A stretch of 52,784 nucleotides of DNA from a virus (taxonomy: Duplodnaviria > Caudoviricetes): IMG/VR virus record IMGVR_UViG_3300036760_000035, positions 1 to 52,784 of that record; one strand, written 5' to 3'. The notes under the pieces are model-generated. The model had not been told where the DNA came from. It was given only the letters and a program-made list of their open reading frames with translations, and did no database searches. The translations under genes and the position numbers were made by a program. Each line of letters begins with the position of its first letter. The first letter of the stretch is position 1. Positions 1 to 10,023 of this stretch are shown in pieces.

Positions 1-127
1 ATAAGCAAATCATTCTCTGGAAGCACAGGAACAATTTCTGGAATAGTAACACCTGTTATACCAACGATTGCGCGTGTTATAATGAAAGCTGGTAGAGCGA
101 TCAGAGCATATATTCCTGGTGGAACAA
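1..127. repeat. Terminal direct repeat, copy 1 (circular assembly overlap)
   Basis: 1-127 is identical to 52658-52784 and lies inside an ORF that reads through the junction. Confidence 0.95.
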
Positions 128-144
128 GAAGGATATAACTCAAC

Positions 145-213
145 ATGGCTTACGAATTAATAAATTCAATAGCACAGTGGAACGCCGAAGGAGTTCAACA
201 TGGCAAGTGGTAA
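145..213 (+). CDS. Leader mini-ORF A (MAYELINSIAQWNAEGVQHGKW) overlapping the start of gene 200..700
   Basis: AAGGA upstream of ATG 145; homologous to the mini-ORF at 31797. Confidence 0.55.
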   Translation: MAYELINSIAQWNAEGVQHGKW

Positions 214-700
214 TAGAATTGCTGTATTTATCCCATATGCAAATGAGCCTACGGCAACGAACTTTGCCACTATAAATTTAAGGAATCAACACCCAACACT
301 TAATTTCGACGGAACCACAGACGAAGAGACGATGTTCTCAGATGTGCTATCTCCTGCTTATTCCGGTGGCGGGTTAACAATAAATACCTGGTGGTTATTT
401 ACATCTGCAACTTCTGGTAATCTCAGGGTACAGGCTGCTATTGAAAGAGGAGATGTGTCGTCTCTTGATATAGACTCGGATTCATTCGCTGCTTTTCAGA
501 GTGCTGGCGGAACAGCACCAGGGACTTCGGGACAGTTTATAAAAGTAACCATCACCCTTACAAGCGGAGCCCAAATGGACTCACTTGCCGCAGGGGAGCC
601 TTATCGCTTGAAGATACGCCGAGACGCTGATGGAACATCCGGTACGGATGATATTACGACTGATGCTCAGTTATATATAGTAGAAATTAAGGAGACATAA
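200..700 (+). CDS. Putative virion structural protein (beta-rich)
   Basis: AAGGAG RBS; lies in the structural operon between two fibre genes. Confidence 0.65.
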   Translation: MASGNRIAVFIPYANEPTATNFATINLRNQHPTLNFDGTTDEETMFSDVLSPAYSGGGLTINTWWLFTSATSGNLRVQAAIERGDVSSLDIDSDSFAAFQSAGGTAPGTSGQFIKVTITLTSGAQMDSLAAGEPYRLKIRRDADGTSGTDDITTDAQLYIVEIKET

Positions 701-1768
701 ATGTCTCGCCTTTTTGATGATGTTGGTAGTACAACTCTGGACTCAGCGGTTGTCCCAATAACCGATTATCCATTTACCATAGCCTGTTGGTTTAAAAGTG
801 ATGATATAACAATCAATCAGACATTATACGAGATTTCAAATTCAAGCGATATAGGTAACAGATTTAGACTTTCGGCAAGAGGAGATCTCGCCGGTGATCC
901 AATACGTTTCAATATGAAAGATGGGATCACTATAAGAAATGCAGATTCCACCACAGGTTTTTCTGCCAACACATGGACTCATGCTTGTGCTGTTGGGCGA
1001 TCTGCTACAAGCAGAGATGTATATATAAACGGTGGAGATAAAGGCTCAAATACTGGTGCCGGAACACCAACAGGATTAAACGGCGTTTCGGTAGGTGGCA
1101 CCGCAGATTTGGCAAGTTTTATGTCAGGAAATATAGCAGAGATAGCTGTGTGGAACATTGCTTTAACAGATGCAGAAGTAGCATTGTTAACAACTCGTAT
1201 ATCTGCATTCTTAATGCATCCAGAATCTTTAGTTTCTTATTGCAGATTAATAGGAACACCAACCGAGGAGCCAGATATCATTCTTGGATTTGGACTTGTT
1301 GATCATGGAACGACCATAGCTGATCATCCTCCAATATTCTACCCATCCCGTACGTCAAGAGGATTGGTATTTGATATAACTGGTACAAATTATACCCAAA
1401 ATATAGCAGGGGCTCCTGGCGATCTTCTCGGAGCACTAACCATACAGACCAACAAAGTAATCGCAGGCACACTTACTTCTATGTCTGGTTCGATTGGGAA
1501 GTTTATTTATAAATCTTTCTCAGGTACGATGGGTGCTTTAACAGGTTCCGCGTCTTCTCTCCGGGTTATAGTCATTGAATTAACTGGAGTAGTCGGAGCA
1601 TTGACTGGTGGCGTCACAAAGCGAACAAATAAAGCACTGGACGGAATAACCTCAACTGTTAGTGGAAGTTTAACTATACTGGCAAAGGCTGTTCCCTATG
1701 TTATAATGAAAGCAGGTTGGGCAACTATTATTACTAAAATAACCGGGGGTCGAAGTAAGGATCAATAA
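701..1768 (+). CDS. LamG/concanavalin-A-like domain fibre protein with 19-aa stalk repeats
   Basis: FTIACWFK, WTHACAV, VYING and GNIAEIAVWNIALTDAEV are LamG-type motifs; C-terminal repeats are shared with gene 50891. Confidence 0.8.
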   Translation: MSRLFDDVGSTTLDSAVVPITDYPFTIACWFKSDDITINQTLYEISNSSDIGNRFRLSARGDLAGDPIRFNMKDGITIRNADSTTGFSANTWTHACAVGRSATSRDVYINGGDKGSNTGAGTPTGLNGVSVGGTADLASFMSGNIAEIAVWNIALTDAEVALLTTRISAFLMHPESLVSYCRLIGTPTEEPDIILGFGLVDHGTTIADHPPIFYPSRTSRGLVFDITGTNYTQNIAGAPGDLLGALTIQTNKVIAGTLTSMSGSIGKFIYKSFSGTMGALTGSASSLRVIVIELTGVVGALTGGVTKRTNKALDGITSTVSGSLTILAKAVPYVIMKAGWATIITKITGGRSKDQ

Positions 1769-2925
1769 TGAGTATTATACTTAATCAAGATCTTGACCTC
1801 CTGCAACTAGATGCACTTATTGCCGACGGCTGGACTACGCTTAAACTCTATGCAGCAAATTCTCCAGACGGTAACTTCACCGATTCCTCAGCAACTGTAT
1901 CTCCGACGACTCTTGCATTACTGTTGACTGCTGAGGAGCCATATAGAAGCACGTTCACGCATGCCTCCGGCAATGCTGCTCAGTATTTTAAGATTGTTGC
2001 CTATAATGGCGCTGCAACATCTAACCTGAACGACGCAAAGACTTTTCATGGCGGCGGGGGCACAACACTCCAGATGATTCGACAACGAACCGGCAAGGCC
2101 ATGAAACTATTAGAGACTGGTACAACAACTGCTGGCGGTGGTACGACTACCGCGATATGCACAACTCCATCTTTTACCAGACACAGGGATAACTATTATG
2201 GTGGTGGCTCCACATCAATAGATGGATGGATATTTCATAACCTTTCTACGCATGAATGGTCAGAGATCTCAGGGTGGGTAGCATCTACTGGCACGTTTAC
2301 ATTTGGTGCCATAACATCCGTTGGAAACGGAGAAAACTTTGAAGTTCTTTCCAGGTTTACACCTAATGAGTACAGGGATGCTATCAATTGGGCCATCTCA
2401 TATTGTTTCCCTAAGCTATCTGTTCCAATCATAGACATATCTATAACAACAGTTGATGATGTATACACATATGATATACCTAACAACATTAAGATTATCA
2501 ATAAGGTAGAGATAGAATCTGATTCTAATCCTGATTCCACTGCCCTATCAACACGCGGGCAGCCATGGAAGCAGATACCATATGTTCCTTACGATGACGG
2601 ACTACAGCGCAAGATAGAATTTAAGCGCAACAAAGATTTTGATGTTAGCCGAAGAATAAGAATCACTGGTACATCTATGCTTAACCAAATGTACAATGAT
2701 AATGACTACTGCGAGATTATAGATCCACAGTTAGACCTGCTATGTTACGTGGCGGCGCACAGGCTTTACGCTCAGCTTGCTAATACGGACTCTGCCAGCG
2801 ATATAGATAGATGGAAGGCCCAGGCAAATTACTATCTTTCCATGTATGTTGATGAATCAAAGTCCAAGGGTTCAAGGCGCAAGGCTAAGAAGATATGGCA
2901 AGCAGAAGCGCAATGGTCTGGTTAA
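1768..2925 (+). CDS. Putative head-tail adaptor / tail tubular protein A-like
   Basis: Position before the large tail gene; adaptor-like C-terminal helices (YRDAINWAI...LLCYVAAHRLY). Confidence 0.5.
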   Translation: MSIILNQDLDLLQLDALIADGWTTLKLYAANSPDGNFTDSSATVSPTTLALLLTAEEPYRSTFTHASGNAAQYFKIVAYNGAATSNLNDAKTFHGGGGTTLQMIRQRTGKAMKLLETGTTTAGGGTTTAICTTPSFTRHRDNYYGGGSTSIDGWIFHNLSTHEWSEISGWVASTGTFTFGAITSVGNGENFEVLSRFTPNEYRDAINWAISYCFPKLSVPIIDISITTVDDVYTYDIPNNIKIINKVEIESDSNPDSTALSTRGQPWKQIPYVPYDDGLQRKIEFKRNKDFDVSRRIRITGTSMLNQMYNDNDYCEIIDPQLDLLCYVAAHRLYAQLANTDSASDIDRWKAQANYYLSMYVDESKSKGSRRKAKKIWQAEAQWSG

Positions 2926-4878
2926 ATGACAGACCAATCCTACCCTTATGATGTAACTTTCACAACTGGCGGTGTCACCTACGGATTCATGCTGACTACG
3001 CCACCAGGTAAGAGTAAAACAATTTCAATACAAGAAGCTTCGCCAGTACCGGCATATAGTCTTGATCGTGCCGGTACACAGGACTCGCAGTCGTACCAGA
3101 ATTTTGCACCAGGCGTTGATACTCCATTTTCTATGAGCACGTTTGCGGGCGGGGCTGGGAAACTAGAATTCAATGCAGATGATCCAATGCGTTATCTCTA
3201 TTCAACAGGAATAGTAACACATGTTGACGGGAAGGCATATCTTGCTCCTTCCGCAGCCAGCATTGTAACTGGTGCAGCTACGGCAAGTATTGATTTGTAT
3301 ACAACTTACATGAATCCTACGACTTATGTCAGATATGACTTTGCTGTTATTGGCACTGGCATTTACCGTAGGCCAGCAACAGACAGCACAACCGCGTGGA
3401 CGCTTGTGTATACAGCGGCATTCGCTATTACAGATTTTAGGATTGTAGACGGGCTTGGCGTGATCTGCACTCCGTCAAGTACCAATGCCGCTATCGACTA
3501 CCTTACACAAGCAGATGTCACAGCGGCAGCTACATGGACGCCGACATCTAGAAACCATTCTGTATTCTCTAATGGAAATAAACCTAAGTTCATTAAGCAA
3601 GTCCGAGGGACAGCATTTGCTTTTGTAGATCCAAATAGGGTTTACTTCAATGTAGATATCACAGCGGACACCTGGCTTGGGCCTATAGACACATCATTAG
3701 AAGGCAACATCTCAGGCCCTCCGGGAGATGAGTCTTATTACGGAGTAGGGCTGCACGCAGTTGGCGACTTCTTATTCATAATCAAACAAGATGCTATCTA
3801 CTCAATTGATTCTCAGCAAGAAGTACTTAAGATTATCTGGCAATGGGAAGACAGGCCGAGTGAATATAACTTCAAGTATTTCTCTTCAACAGAGGAAGAG
3901 TTTATTTTCTGTGCTGCTAATGAAGTATATGTTTACAAACCAACAACCGGTGCAATGCCAAAGTTAGAAATAGCTACCCAAGACGGATTCTCAACTAAAG
4001 AAATTCTTGGTGTTACTAATGACAACCAGTATATTTATGTACTTGCCAAAATAGTAGCAGGTAATATTAGTTCTAATACAAGAGTGGCTCTATTTCGCTA
4101 TTATAAAAGTGGAAAGAAATGGGTGCCGGAGATTGTCTGGGAAGACATATCTCTAACAAATAAAACATACGGAAGAATCTTTGCTTCCCCTAATGGCATA
4201 GCTACTCGTGTTTATTGGGGATTGGTAACAAGCGCAGCGGTAACGCGTACATTTATTATGGATGTTGTGCCAGAGTGGGATGAGACAGCTTCTTCTAACT
4301 TTACATCTTCTGCAACGATTTATACAAGCATCGCACGATCTGGTTTTCCTGGCCTGCACAAGCGACACATCTACATTAACATGGATGCGTTAAATCTTTC
4401 TACCAATAATACAATTGCAATTAAATATTCTATAGATGATGGCGCTACATATACAACATTGGCTACTGGCACATCAGCAGAGACATCTTCTAATTATGTT
4501 AATATAGAATCGAAGAGTCTTATACTTGCATTCACTCTAACAAGTCAGAATGGAACGGTTACTCCTGTTCTTAAGGTATTCGACCATCATCAACGAGTCA
4601 GGTTTAAGTATCTTGAAGCTATTCAAATAGGCGTTAGAATAGGAAGATTAATAGAAACACGTAATCGTGGAAAGATTAACGATGACCTTGATACTCAATG
4701 GGATAATATTAAGACACTAAGAACAACAGAAGATCAGATAGTATATAAAGATTTCCTTGGTAATTCATTCAATTGTAGTGTAGACGCGATTGGCGTGGCG
4801 CCAAGCAGACACCAGGATGTCGGGGACTATGAAGAGGAAGCATCCTTAATCATAACTCGCGCAGATATCGGTGCTTAA
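2926..4878 (+). CDS. Putative podovirus tail nozzle/stabilisation protein
   Basis: 650 aa, beta-rich, with an SIDDGATY Asp-box-like motif; position after the adaptor. Confidence 0.55.
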   Translation: MTDQSYPYDVTFTTGGVTYGFMLTTPPGKSKTISIQEASPVPAYSLDRAGTQDSQSYQNFAPGVDTPFSMSTFAGGAGKLEFNADDPMRYLYSTGIVTHVDGKAYLAPSAASIVTGAATASIDLYTTYMNPTTYVRYDFAVIGTGIYRRPATDSTTAWTLVYTAAFAITDFRIVDGLGVICTPSSTNAAIDYLTQADVTAAATWTPTSRNHSVFSNGNKPKFIKQVRGTAFAFVDPNRVYFNVDITADTWLGPIDTSLEGNISGPPGDESYYGVGLHAVGDFLFIIKQDAIYSIDSQQEVLKIIWQWEDRPSEYNFKYFSSTEEEFIFCAANEVYVYKPTTGAMPKLEIATQDGFSTKEILGVTNDNQYIYVLAKIVAGNISSNTRVALFRYYKSGKKWVPEIVWEDISLTNKTYGRIFASPNGIATRVYWGLVTSAAVTRTFIMDVVPEWDETASSNFTSSATIYTSIARSGFPGLHKRHIYINMDALNLSTNNTIAIKYSIDDGATYTTLATGTSAETSSNYVNIESKSLILAFTLTSQNGTVTPVLKVFDHHQRVRFKYLEAIQIGVRIGRLIETRNRGKINDDLDTQWDNIKTLRTTEDQIVYKDFLGNSFNCSVDAIGVAPSRHQDVGDYEEEASLIITRADIGA

Positions 4879-4880
4879 CT

Positions 4881-6383
4881 ATGGCATCTCTTATCGAACG
4901 AAGAATCAATGAACTACAGAATCTAGTTCAAGAGTTAATTGACACTGCTGGCCAAGCGTCGCCCCAGGGCGCCGGTACTCTCAGTAAATCTGTCATCAAG
5001 GGTAAGTCTATTATCTCTTCGATGATAGATGTAGACACGCTTCACTCAGTTCAGGCGAAGACTGGAGACCTCACCGTTACTGGTAATATCACAATGTCAA
5101 CAGATGACAAGGCGATACGTGCCGGGAAGACAGTTTATAACGATACTTCTAATGCAGGATACTGGCTTGGTGTTCATGCTGCTGTTGGATACTTTAGAAT
5201 AGGTAATGCTGTCCAACAATTACTCTGGGACGGTACTAACTTAACAATCTCTGGCGGAATCACCGCCACGTCTGGTGTTATAGGTGGATGGACAATCGGC
5301 GCAGCAGATATCCATGCCGGATCTGGATCTACCTATACTCAAGTATCTTCCGCTGGTGGGTCAACACCAGCATTCTCTGCTGGATCTGCCACAGTTACAG
5401 CAGCACCATTTATGGTTACGCAGTCCGGAGCTATTACCGCTATTTCTGGATCAATAGGTGGGTGGACAATTGATTCAACATCAGGATTCATTCTTGGGTC
5501 GGGCGCGACAACAAGAGGTATAGCTGTCGGCTCTACTACGTTCTATGCTGGTAGTGCAACTCCTTCTTCTGCGCCATTCAGCGTGACCTCAGCGGGCGCG
5601 TTAACGGCCACATCAGCAACTATCATTGGTACGATTACAACAGGCAATATCACAGCTACGGGAGGAACTATCGGTGGCGTAACGATTAACGCCACATCAT
5701 TATCTTCTACTGGCTGGACGCTTACAAATGCTGGTGTGATGACAAGTACATCTGGCACCATTGGTGGATTAACAATAAGTTCCACCGCATTAACTGTCCC
5801 GTCTGGGGTTAAGTTAAAATTTGGAATAGGGGCATTAGATTATCTTAATGATAATCTTCTTCACTTTGAATTATCCAGTTCGCTTATTGGGAAAATTGAG
5901 TTTAAGAACGGTAGTGAAGTTACCTACACAGATCTTCAAGTAAAAGCTTCATCAACTGTTGGACAAATGTCACTAAGAACACGTGGCACAACCAATCGCT
6001 CTGGGATAATTACATTAAACGGTGGCAATACAAATGCTACAACCAACGTCTCGATTGCGGCGATAGATTCAACTCCTGCCACCCGTTCTGGACTTGATCT
6101 TAACGCTGCTGGCACCTTGTCATTAGCAACATATAACACGTCTGGTGTAGCGCAAGGATCGCTTAATCTAAGCCTGGGAGACCAGTCGCTTAAGTTACCA
6201 GACGCGGGGGGTGCCTATTCATTCCAGATACAGGATTCAGCAGGGGAGATACAGTTTGGAGTATCTTCCAATGGCGCATTGATATACCCGGACGCCGATA
6301 CCACAGCCGCTGGCGGGTATAATGGTCGTATGCCTATATTCGTAAATGGTGTACAGAAATACTTACATTACTTTAATGCCTAG
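4881..6383 (+). CDS. Tail fibre/spike protein
   Basis: Repeated ATSGxIGGWTI and APFxVTxxG motifs typical of phage fibre shafts. Confidence 0.75.
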   Translation: MASLIERRINELQNLVQELIDTAGQASPQGAGTLSKSVIKGKSIISSMIDVDTLHSVQAKTGDLTVTGNITMSTDDKAIRAGKTVYNDTSNAGYWLGVHAAVGYFRIGNAVQQLLWDGTNLTISGGITATSGVIGGWTIGAADIHAGSGSTYTQVSSAGGSTPAFSAGSATVTAAPFMVTQSGAITAISGSIGGWTIDSTSGFILGSGATTRGIAVGSTTFYAGSATPSSAPFSVTSAGALTATSATIIGTITTGNITATGGTIGGVTINATSLSSTGWTLTNAGVMTSTSGTIGGLTISSTALTVPSGVKLKFGIGALDYLNDNLLHFELSSSLIGKIEFKNGSEVTYTDLQVKASSTVGQMSLRTRGTTNRSGIITLNGGNTNATTNVSIAAIDSTPATRSGLDLNAAGTLSLATYNTSGVAQGSLNLSLGDQSLKLPDAGGAYSFQIQDSAGEIQFGVSSNGALIYPDADTTAAGGYNGRMPIFVNGVQKYLHYFNA

Positions 6384-6392
6384 GAGAAGCTA

Positions 6393-6641
6393 ATGCAAGA
6401 AGGACAAGATCATGATCTTCTTATCAGAATTGATGAGAAGTTAACCAACATGATTCTTTCATTTAGTAATTTTCAGAAACAAACTTCAAATGAATTGAAA
6501 GAATTATGGATAGAGATTGAATCTATTAAGCTTGAAAACAAGAGCCAACAAGGATTCTTCTCCGGAGTTAAGTTTGCATGGGCGATACTCGGAGCCCTTC
6601 CCCCAAGTGTCATTTTATTAATCTTTGGGGTGAATAAATAA
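6393..6641 (+). CDS. Small coiled-coil plus C-terminal TM protein (lysis-associated, holin-like)
   Basis: DHDLLIRIDEKL N-terminus, hydrophobic C-terminus, coupled to the lysin gene. Confidence 0.55.
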   Translation: MQEGQDHDLLIRIDEKLTNMILSFSNFQKQTSNELKELWIEIESIKLENKSQQGFFSGVKFAWAILGALPPSVILLIFGVNK

Positions 6642-7399
6642 TGTTACGCGGAGTAGATGTAAGTAACTATGATTTCTCTACCTACGATGCTGCTTGTTTT
6701 AAAAATAAAATAGATTGGCTAGCGATTGGTTGTCAGCGAGAAGATTACGCTGTTATCATGGCCAGTGCCGCTCGTGCAGCAAGCATACCTATTTTATGTA
6801 CGTATGCTTTTCTTTACTTTGGTTTTAATGGTTTCATGGGATTTGACGATCTCATTAAACTTGAAACAGAAAAGGCTATACGAGTAGCAAAGCAATTCGA
6901 CATAGGATATGTGGCCCTGGATGTAGAGGCAAGCGGAGTTAATGAGCGTAGCGGGGTAACTCCAGATGAGCGCGTCTCGAATCTCGATCGCGCAATTTCT
7001 ATGGTTCTCGCCGCTGACTTAAAAGTAATTATCTATACTGGAAAATATTACTGGCAAGGGAATATGGGATCTGTGAACAGATCTGAGTTTCCTCTGTGGC
7101 ACGCCAGCTATTGGGATGACGGCCACTATCAAAGCGAAGTAGACTACTGGTTTGGAAAGCCGGTAGCAATACATCAATACACAAGTTCATTCAATCTTTG
7201 TGGTAGAAATAGGGATGCCAATGTTCTCTTTGATGAATCATTATTATTAGATAAGGAAGAAGAAATGAAGGTAGAAGAACTCAATCAAGCTATGGTTATG
7301 CGATTTAATCTTATCAGATTAGCATCTGATACTACTGATTATGGATATATAAAACTTATTAAGATTATAGATCTTCTTAAGAAGAACAATTTATATTAA
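6641..7399 (+). CDS. Endolysin, GH25 muramidase
   Basis: GVDVSNY, ALDVE (DxE), IYTG, LWHASY, IHQYTS and DAN motifs. Confidence 0.85.
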   Translation: MLRGVDVSNYDFSTYDAACFKNKIDWLAIGCQREDYAVIMASAARAASIPILCTYAFLYFGFNGFMGFDDLIKLETEKAIRVAKQFDIGYVALDVEASGVNERSGVTPDERVSNLDRAISMVLAADLKVIIYTGKYYWQGNMGSVNRSEFPLWHASYWDDGHYQSEVDYWFGKPVAIHQYTSSFNLCGRNRDANVLFDESLLLDKEEEMKVEELNQAMVMRFNLIRLASDTTDYGYIKLIKIIDLLKKNNLY

Positions 7400-7524
7400 T
7401 TCTATTCTCTCTCAATCTCAAACCTCACACGGCACATTGTATGTCCGGTGGCCCACACAAGCAACCAACTAACGAGCAATCAAGCACGAGCCCTCTGCTT
7501 CAAGCGACGGGCTAAAGAAAGATC

Positions 7525-7553
7525 TTGCTTGCCCCGAGGGCTTAGGGTATACT
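7525..7553 (+). promoter_or_regulatory. Promoter TTGCTT-N17-TATACT, probably leaderless
   Basis: ATG 7561 lies 7 nt after the -10 box and has no SD. Confidence 0.65.
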
Positions 7554-7560
7554 ATCACCC

Positions 7561-8313
7561 ATGGTGGCTAAAAGCTTCGTAACGATCTCAGACATTCACT
7601 ACCCTTACCAGGACGCTGCGGCTCTTAAGTTGGTCACGATGTTCTTGAAGGATTTCCATCCTCACGAACTTTATTTTAACGGTGACATCTATGACATGCC
7701 GCAGATCTCCAAGTACTCCATGAGGCGCGCTGAGCTACTTAAGACGACTTCCGTACAGGAACACCTTGATATAGGTAACGAGGGCGTGGCGCGCCTTGTG
7801 GATGCAGCAGGGGCACGTAAGAACAGGTTCACTCTTGGGAACCATGAGGATAGATGGGAGATGTATCTTGGCTCGGAAGCCAAGGCTTTAGCGAGTCTGC
7901 GATGCCTTGAATTTGACAAGGTGTTCCAACTCGACAAGATGGAATGGAAGAAATATGGAGACGGATTTTGGCTTAACGATAGACTTTTCCTGTATCACGG
8001 TACCTTCATCAATGTCAATTGGACTGATACTGAAAGACAACGCATTGGTGCTTCGACAATTACTGGACATATGCACAAGCAGCGAGTTACATATCACACC
8101 GATAGGAGTAAAACATATAAAAGTATCGGACAAGGATGCTTGTGTAAACTTGATCCTCCCTATCTCAGAATCCCGCCAAACTGGCAACAGGGATTTGCAT
8201 ACGGATACCTTATGGACTCTGAAAAGTTTATCACTAAGGAAGTTGAAATTATAGAGGGAGATGGCTATAAATGGATGATGCCCGAGGGCAAACTATACAG
8301 AGTGAAACTCTAA
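7561..8313 (+). CDS. Calcineurin-like metallophosphoesterase
   Basis: SDIH, GDIYD, GNHE, HG and GHMH motifs. Confidence 0.9.
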   Translation: MVAKSFVTISDIHYPYQDAAALKLVTMFLKDFHPHELYFNGDIYDMPQISKYSMRRAELLKTTSVQEHLDIGNEGVARLVDAAGARKNRFTLGNHEDRWEMYLGSEAKALASLRCLEFDKVFQLDKMEWKKYGDGFWLNDRLFLYHGTFINVNWTDTERQRIGASTITGHMHKQRVTYHTDRSKTYKSIGQGCLCKLDPPYLRIPPNWQQGFAYGYLMDSEKFITKEVEIIEGDGYKWMMPEGKLYRVKL

Positions 8314-8345
8314 ATTTAGGTATGAATTAACTAGTAGGAGTATAA

Positions 8346-8978
8346 ATGGTTAAGAAACTCAGTACGCATATGATGCTCGTCGTTGACAGGTCTGGCTCTA
8401 TGAATGGATTGGATAAGATTGTTTCTGATGGCATTGAACTCAATGTTGCCCAGGCAATTGCGGCGGGCAAGACTAACGTCAGTATATGTAGATTTGATCA
8501 CTCCATTGACTTCCCATATTGGGAGAAGGTTGCTGCCAATGTTGGACGCGTAGACTTCAAGCCTCGCGGGAGCACAGCTATGCTTGATGCCGTTGGCCGC
8601 ACTCTTGATGCTGTACAAACAAGTGATAAGAAGTATGATACCTATCTTATGGTGATTATTTCTGATGGATATGAGAATGCTTCAACAAAAGAATCATATG
8701 AATCTATCCAGAAGAGAATTCTTGATCTTACAGGAACAGGTATCTGGACATTTTCCTATGTAGGAAGCAATCAGAACCTTGCAGATATCTCCAGAAGACT
8801 GGCCATTCCTATTAGGAATACTCAATCCTGGAGAAGTGATCCAATTGGAACACAGATAATGGCTGCTGCTTCCGCAAGTTCTGCCGGTGAATACTTTGCC
8901 GCACGTGGCGACGGACTCACAGCTTCGTCATCGTATAATAGTGAAAAGAATGAAACACCAACAGGAGACAATAACTAA
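8346..8978 (+). CDS. von Willebrand factor A domain protein
   Basis: MIDAS motif DRSGS, GSTAMLDA and ISDGYEN. Confidence 0.88.
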   Translation: MVKKLSTHMMLVVDRSGSMNGLDKIVSDGIELNVAQAIAAGKTNVSICRFDHSIDFPYWEKVAANVGRVDFKPRGSTAMLDAVGRTLDAVQTSDKKYDTYLMVIISDGYENASTKESYESIQKRILDLTGTGIWTFSYVGSNQNLADISRRLAIPIRNTQSWRSDPIGTQIMAAASASSAGEYFAARGDGLTASSSYNSEKNETPTGDNN

Positions 8979-9163
8979 TGGCCTACGACAGGGCAGCCCC
9001 AAACAAAACAAAGATAGCCTATCTTCTTAAGGAAGATAATCAAGACGAGAATGTGAGACAACTTGTTGATGCACTTGCTAAGATTCTTAACAAGAACGCA
9101 GCTACAATTCAGTCTGATTCTGTATCTACCCTTGTAACAGCCCTTGGCAGCGCCGGGGTATAA
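8978..9163 (+). CDS. Hypothetical protein
   Basis: AGGAG RBS, TAATG coupling. Confidence 0.7.
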   Translation: MAYDRAAPNKTKIAYLLKEDNQDENVRQLVDALAKILNKNAATIQSDSVSTLVTALGSAGV

Positions 9164-9221
9164 CAGTGAAATACACAGTTGAAACCCTTCATGGTTTCAA
9201 CAGGAGGTAGGAAACACCACT

Positions 9222-9551
9222 TTGCGTACTTCCTCGCCGTCAAGAAATCCTGTTAAGGTTTCTAGCCATGCTTTTTCATGCGATGATTGCGGTAGGCAAT
9301 GGACTGGCTCCGGTCAGTGTCATTGCACCGAGTGTCACAAGCATTTCAGCACGGAGTTAAACTTTGATCTACACCGTATGTTTGCGACCAAGGCCGAGAA
9401 CTGGAACAAGAGAAGGTGTATGACCATGGCGGAAATGGCTACGCTAAAACGCAAGTCTGGCAAGCCAGTATTTGCAGTATCGGAAGGGCCATTTGGCACA
9501 ACGTGTGTCGGATGGAGTGCCGACTGGCAAGTAAAATTAGAAGGAGAATAA
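9222..9551 (+). CDS. Phage zinc-binding protein (FDxHR type)
   Basis: CDDC...CHCTECHKHF...FDLHR...C; AGGAGG RBS. Confidence 0.7.
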   Translation: MRTSSPSRNPVKVSSHAFSCDDCGRQWTGSGQCHCTECHKHFSTELNFDLHRMFATKAENWNKRRCMTMAEMATLKRKSGKPVFAVSEGPFGTTCVGWSADWQVKLEGE

Positions 9552-9552
9552 T

Positions 9553-9729
9553 TTGGCTAACACAAGATTAGTTGCAGAGCTACTTAAAAGATACCATTCT
9601 AACTTTGAAGAGCGAGCCCTGGCGGACTTTATCTTTCAATGGCTAGGAGTAGAGCATCCATGGGCGGATAACTTATCCGTAGAGGATATCCAAACAGAAT
9701 TAGATGAGTGTCTTGTTTATGCAGTTTGA
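9553..9729 (+). CDS. Hypothetical protein, 58 aa (MANTRLVAELLKRYHSNFEER...)
   Basis: TTG start after AAGGAG; fills the gap; below the ORF-track cutoff. Confidence 0.6.
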   Translation: MANTRLVAELLKRYHSNFEERALADFIFQWLGVEHPWADNLSVEDIQTELDECLVYAV

Positions 9730-9748
9730 ATTTAAAAGTTCTAACGCT

Positions 9749-9949
9749 ATGCTTAATAGCCTTAAACGAACGCTTGCAAAGTTCGAAAGAGACGTTACTT
9801 ATCTGTTTGGAGCCTCTGCTGGTGCCCAGGGGTTACTCAATCAAACATCACCAGACTGGCACGCAATATGGACTGCTGCCGTAGCAGCAGCGGGATTGGC
9901 TGCATATCGTTTAATTAGAGATGCGTGCTCTGGCGTACCACCTGCTTAA
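9749..9949 (+). CDS. Small membrane protein, holin-like
   Basis: Two hydrophobic segments (DWHAIWTAAVAAAGLAAYRL); likely start ATG 9749. Confidence 0.5.
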   Translation: MLNSLKRTLAKFERDVTYLFGASAGAQGLLNQTSPDWHAIWTAAVAAAGLAAYRLIRDACSGVPPA

Positions 9950-9988
9950 ACGCCAAGTTCACGGTCGCAACTTCTAAGTTGCAACGTT

Positions 9989-10023
9989 GAAGAAGGGCTG
10001 AGATTGGATCTCAGCCCTTCTTC
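9989..10023. terminator. Bidirectional terminator hairpin
   Basis: Perfect 16-bp stem GAAGAAGGGCTGAGAT-tgg-ATCTCAGCCCTTCTTC where the two arms converge. Confidence 0.85.
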
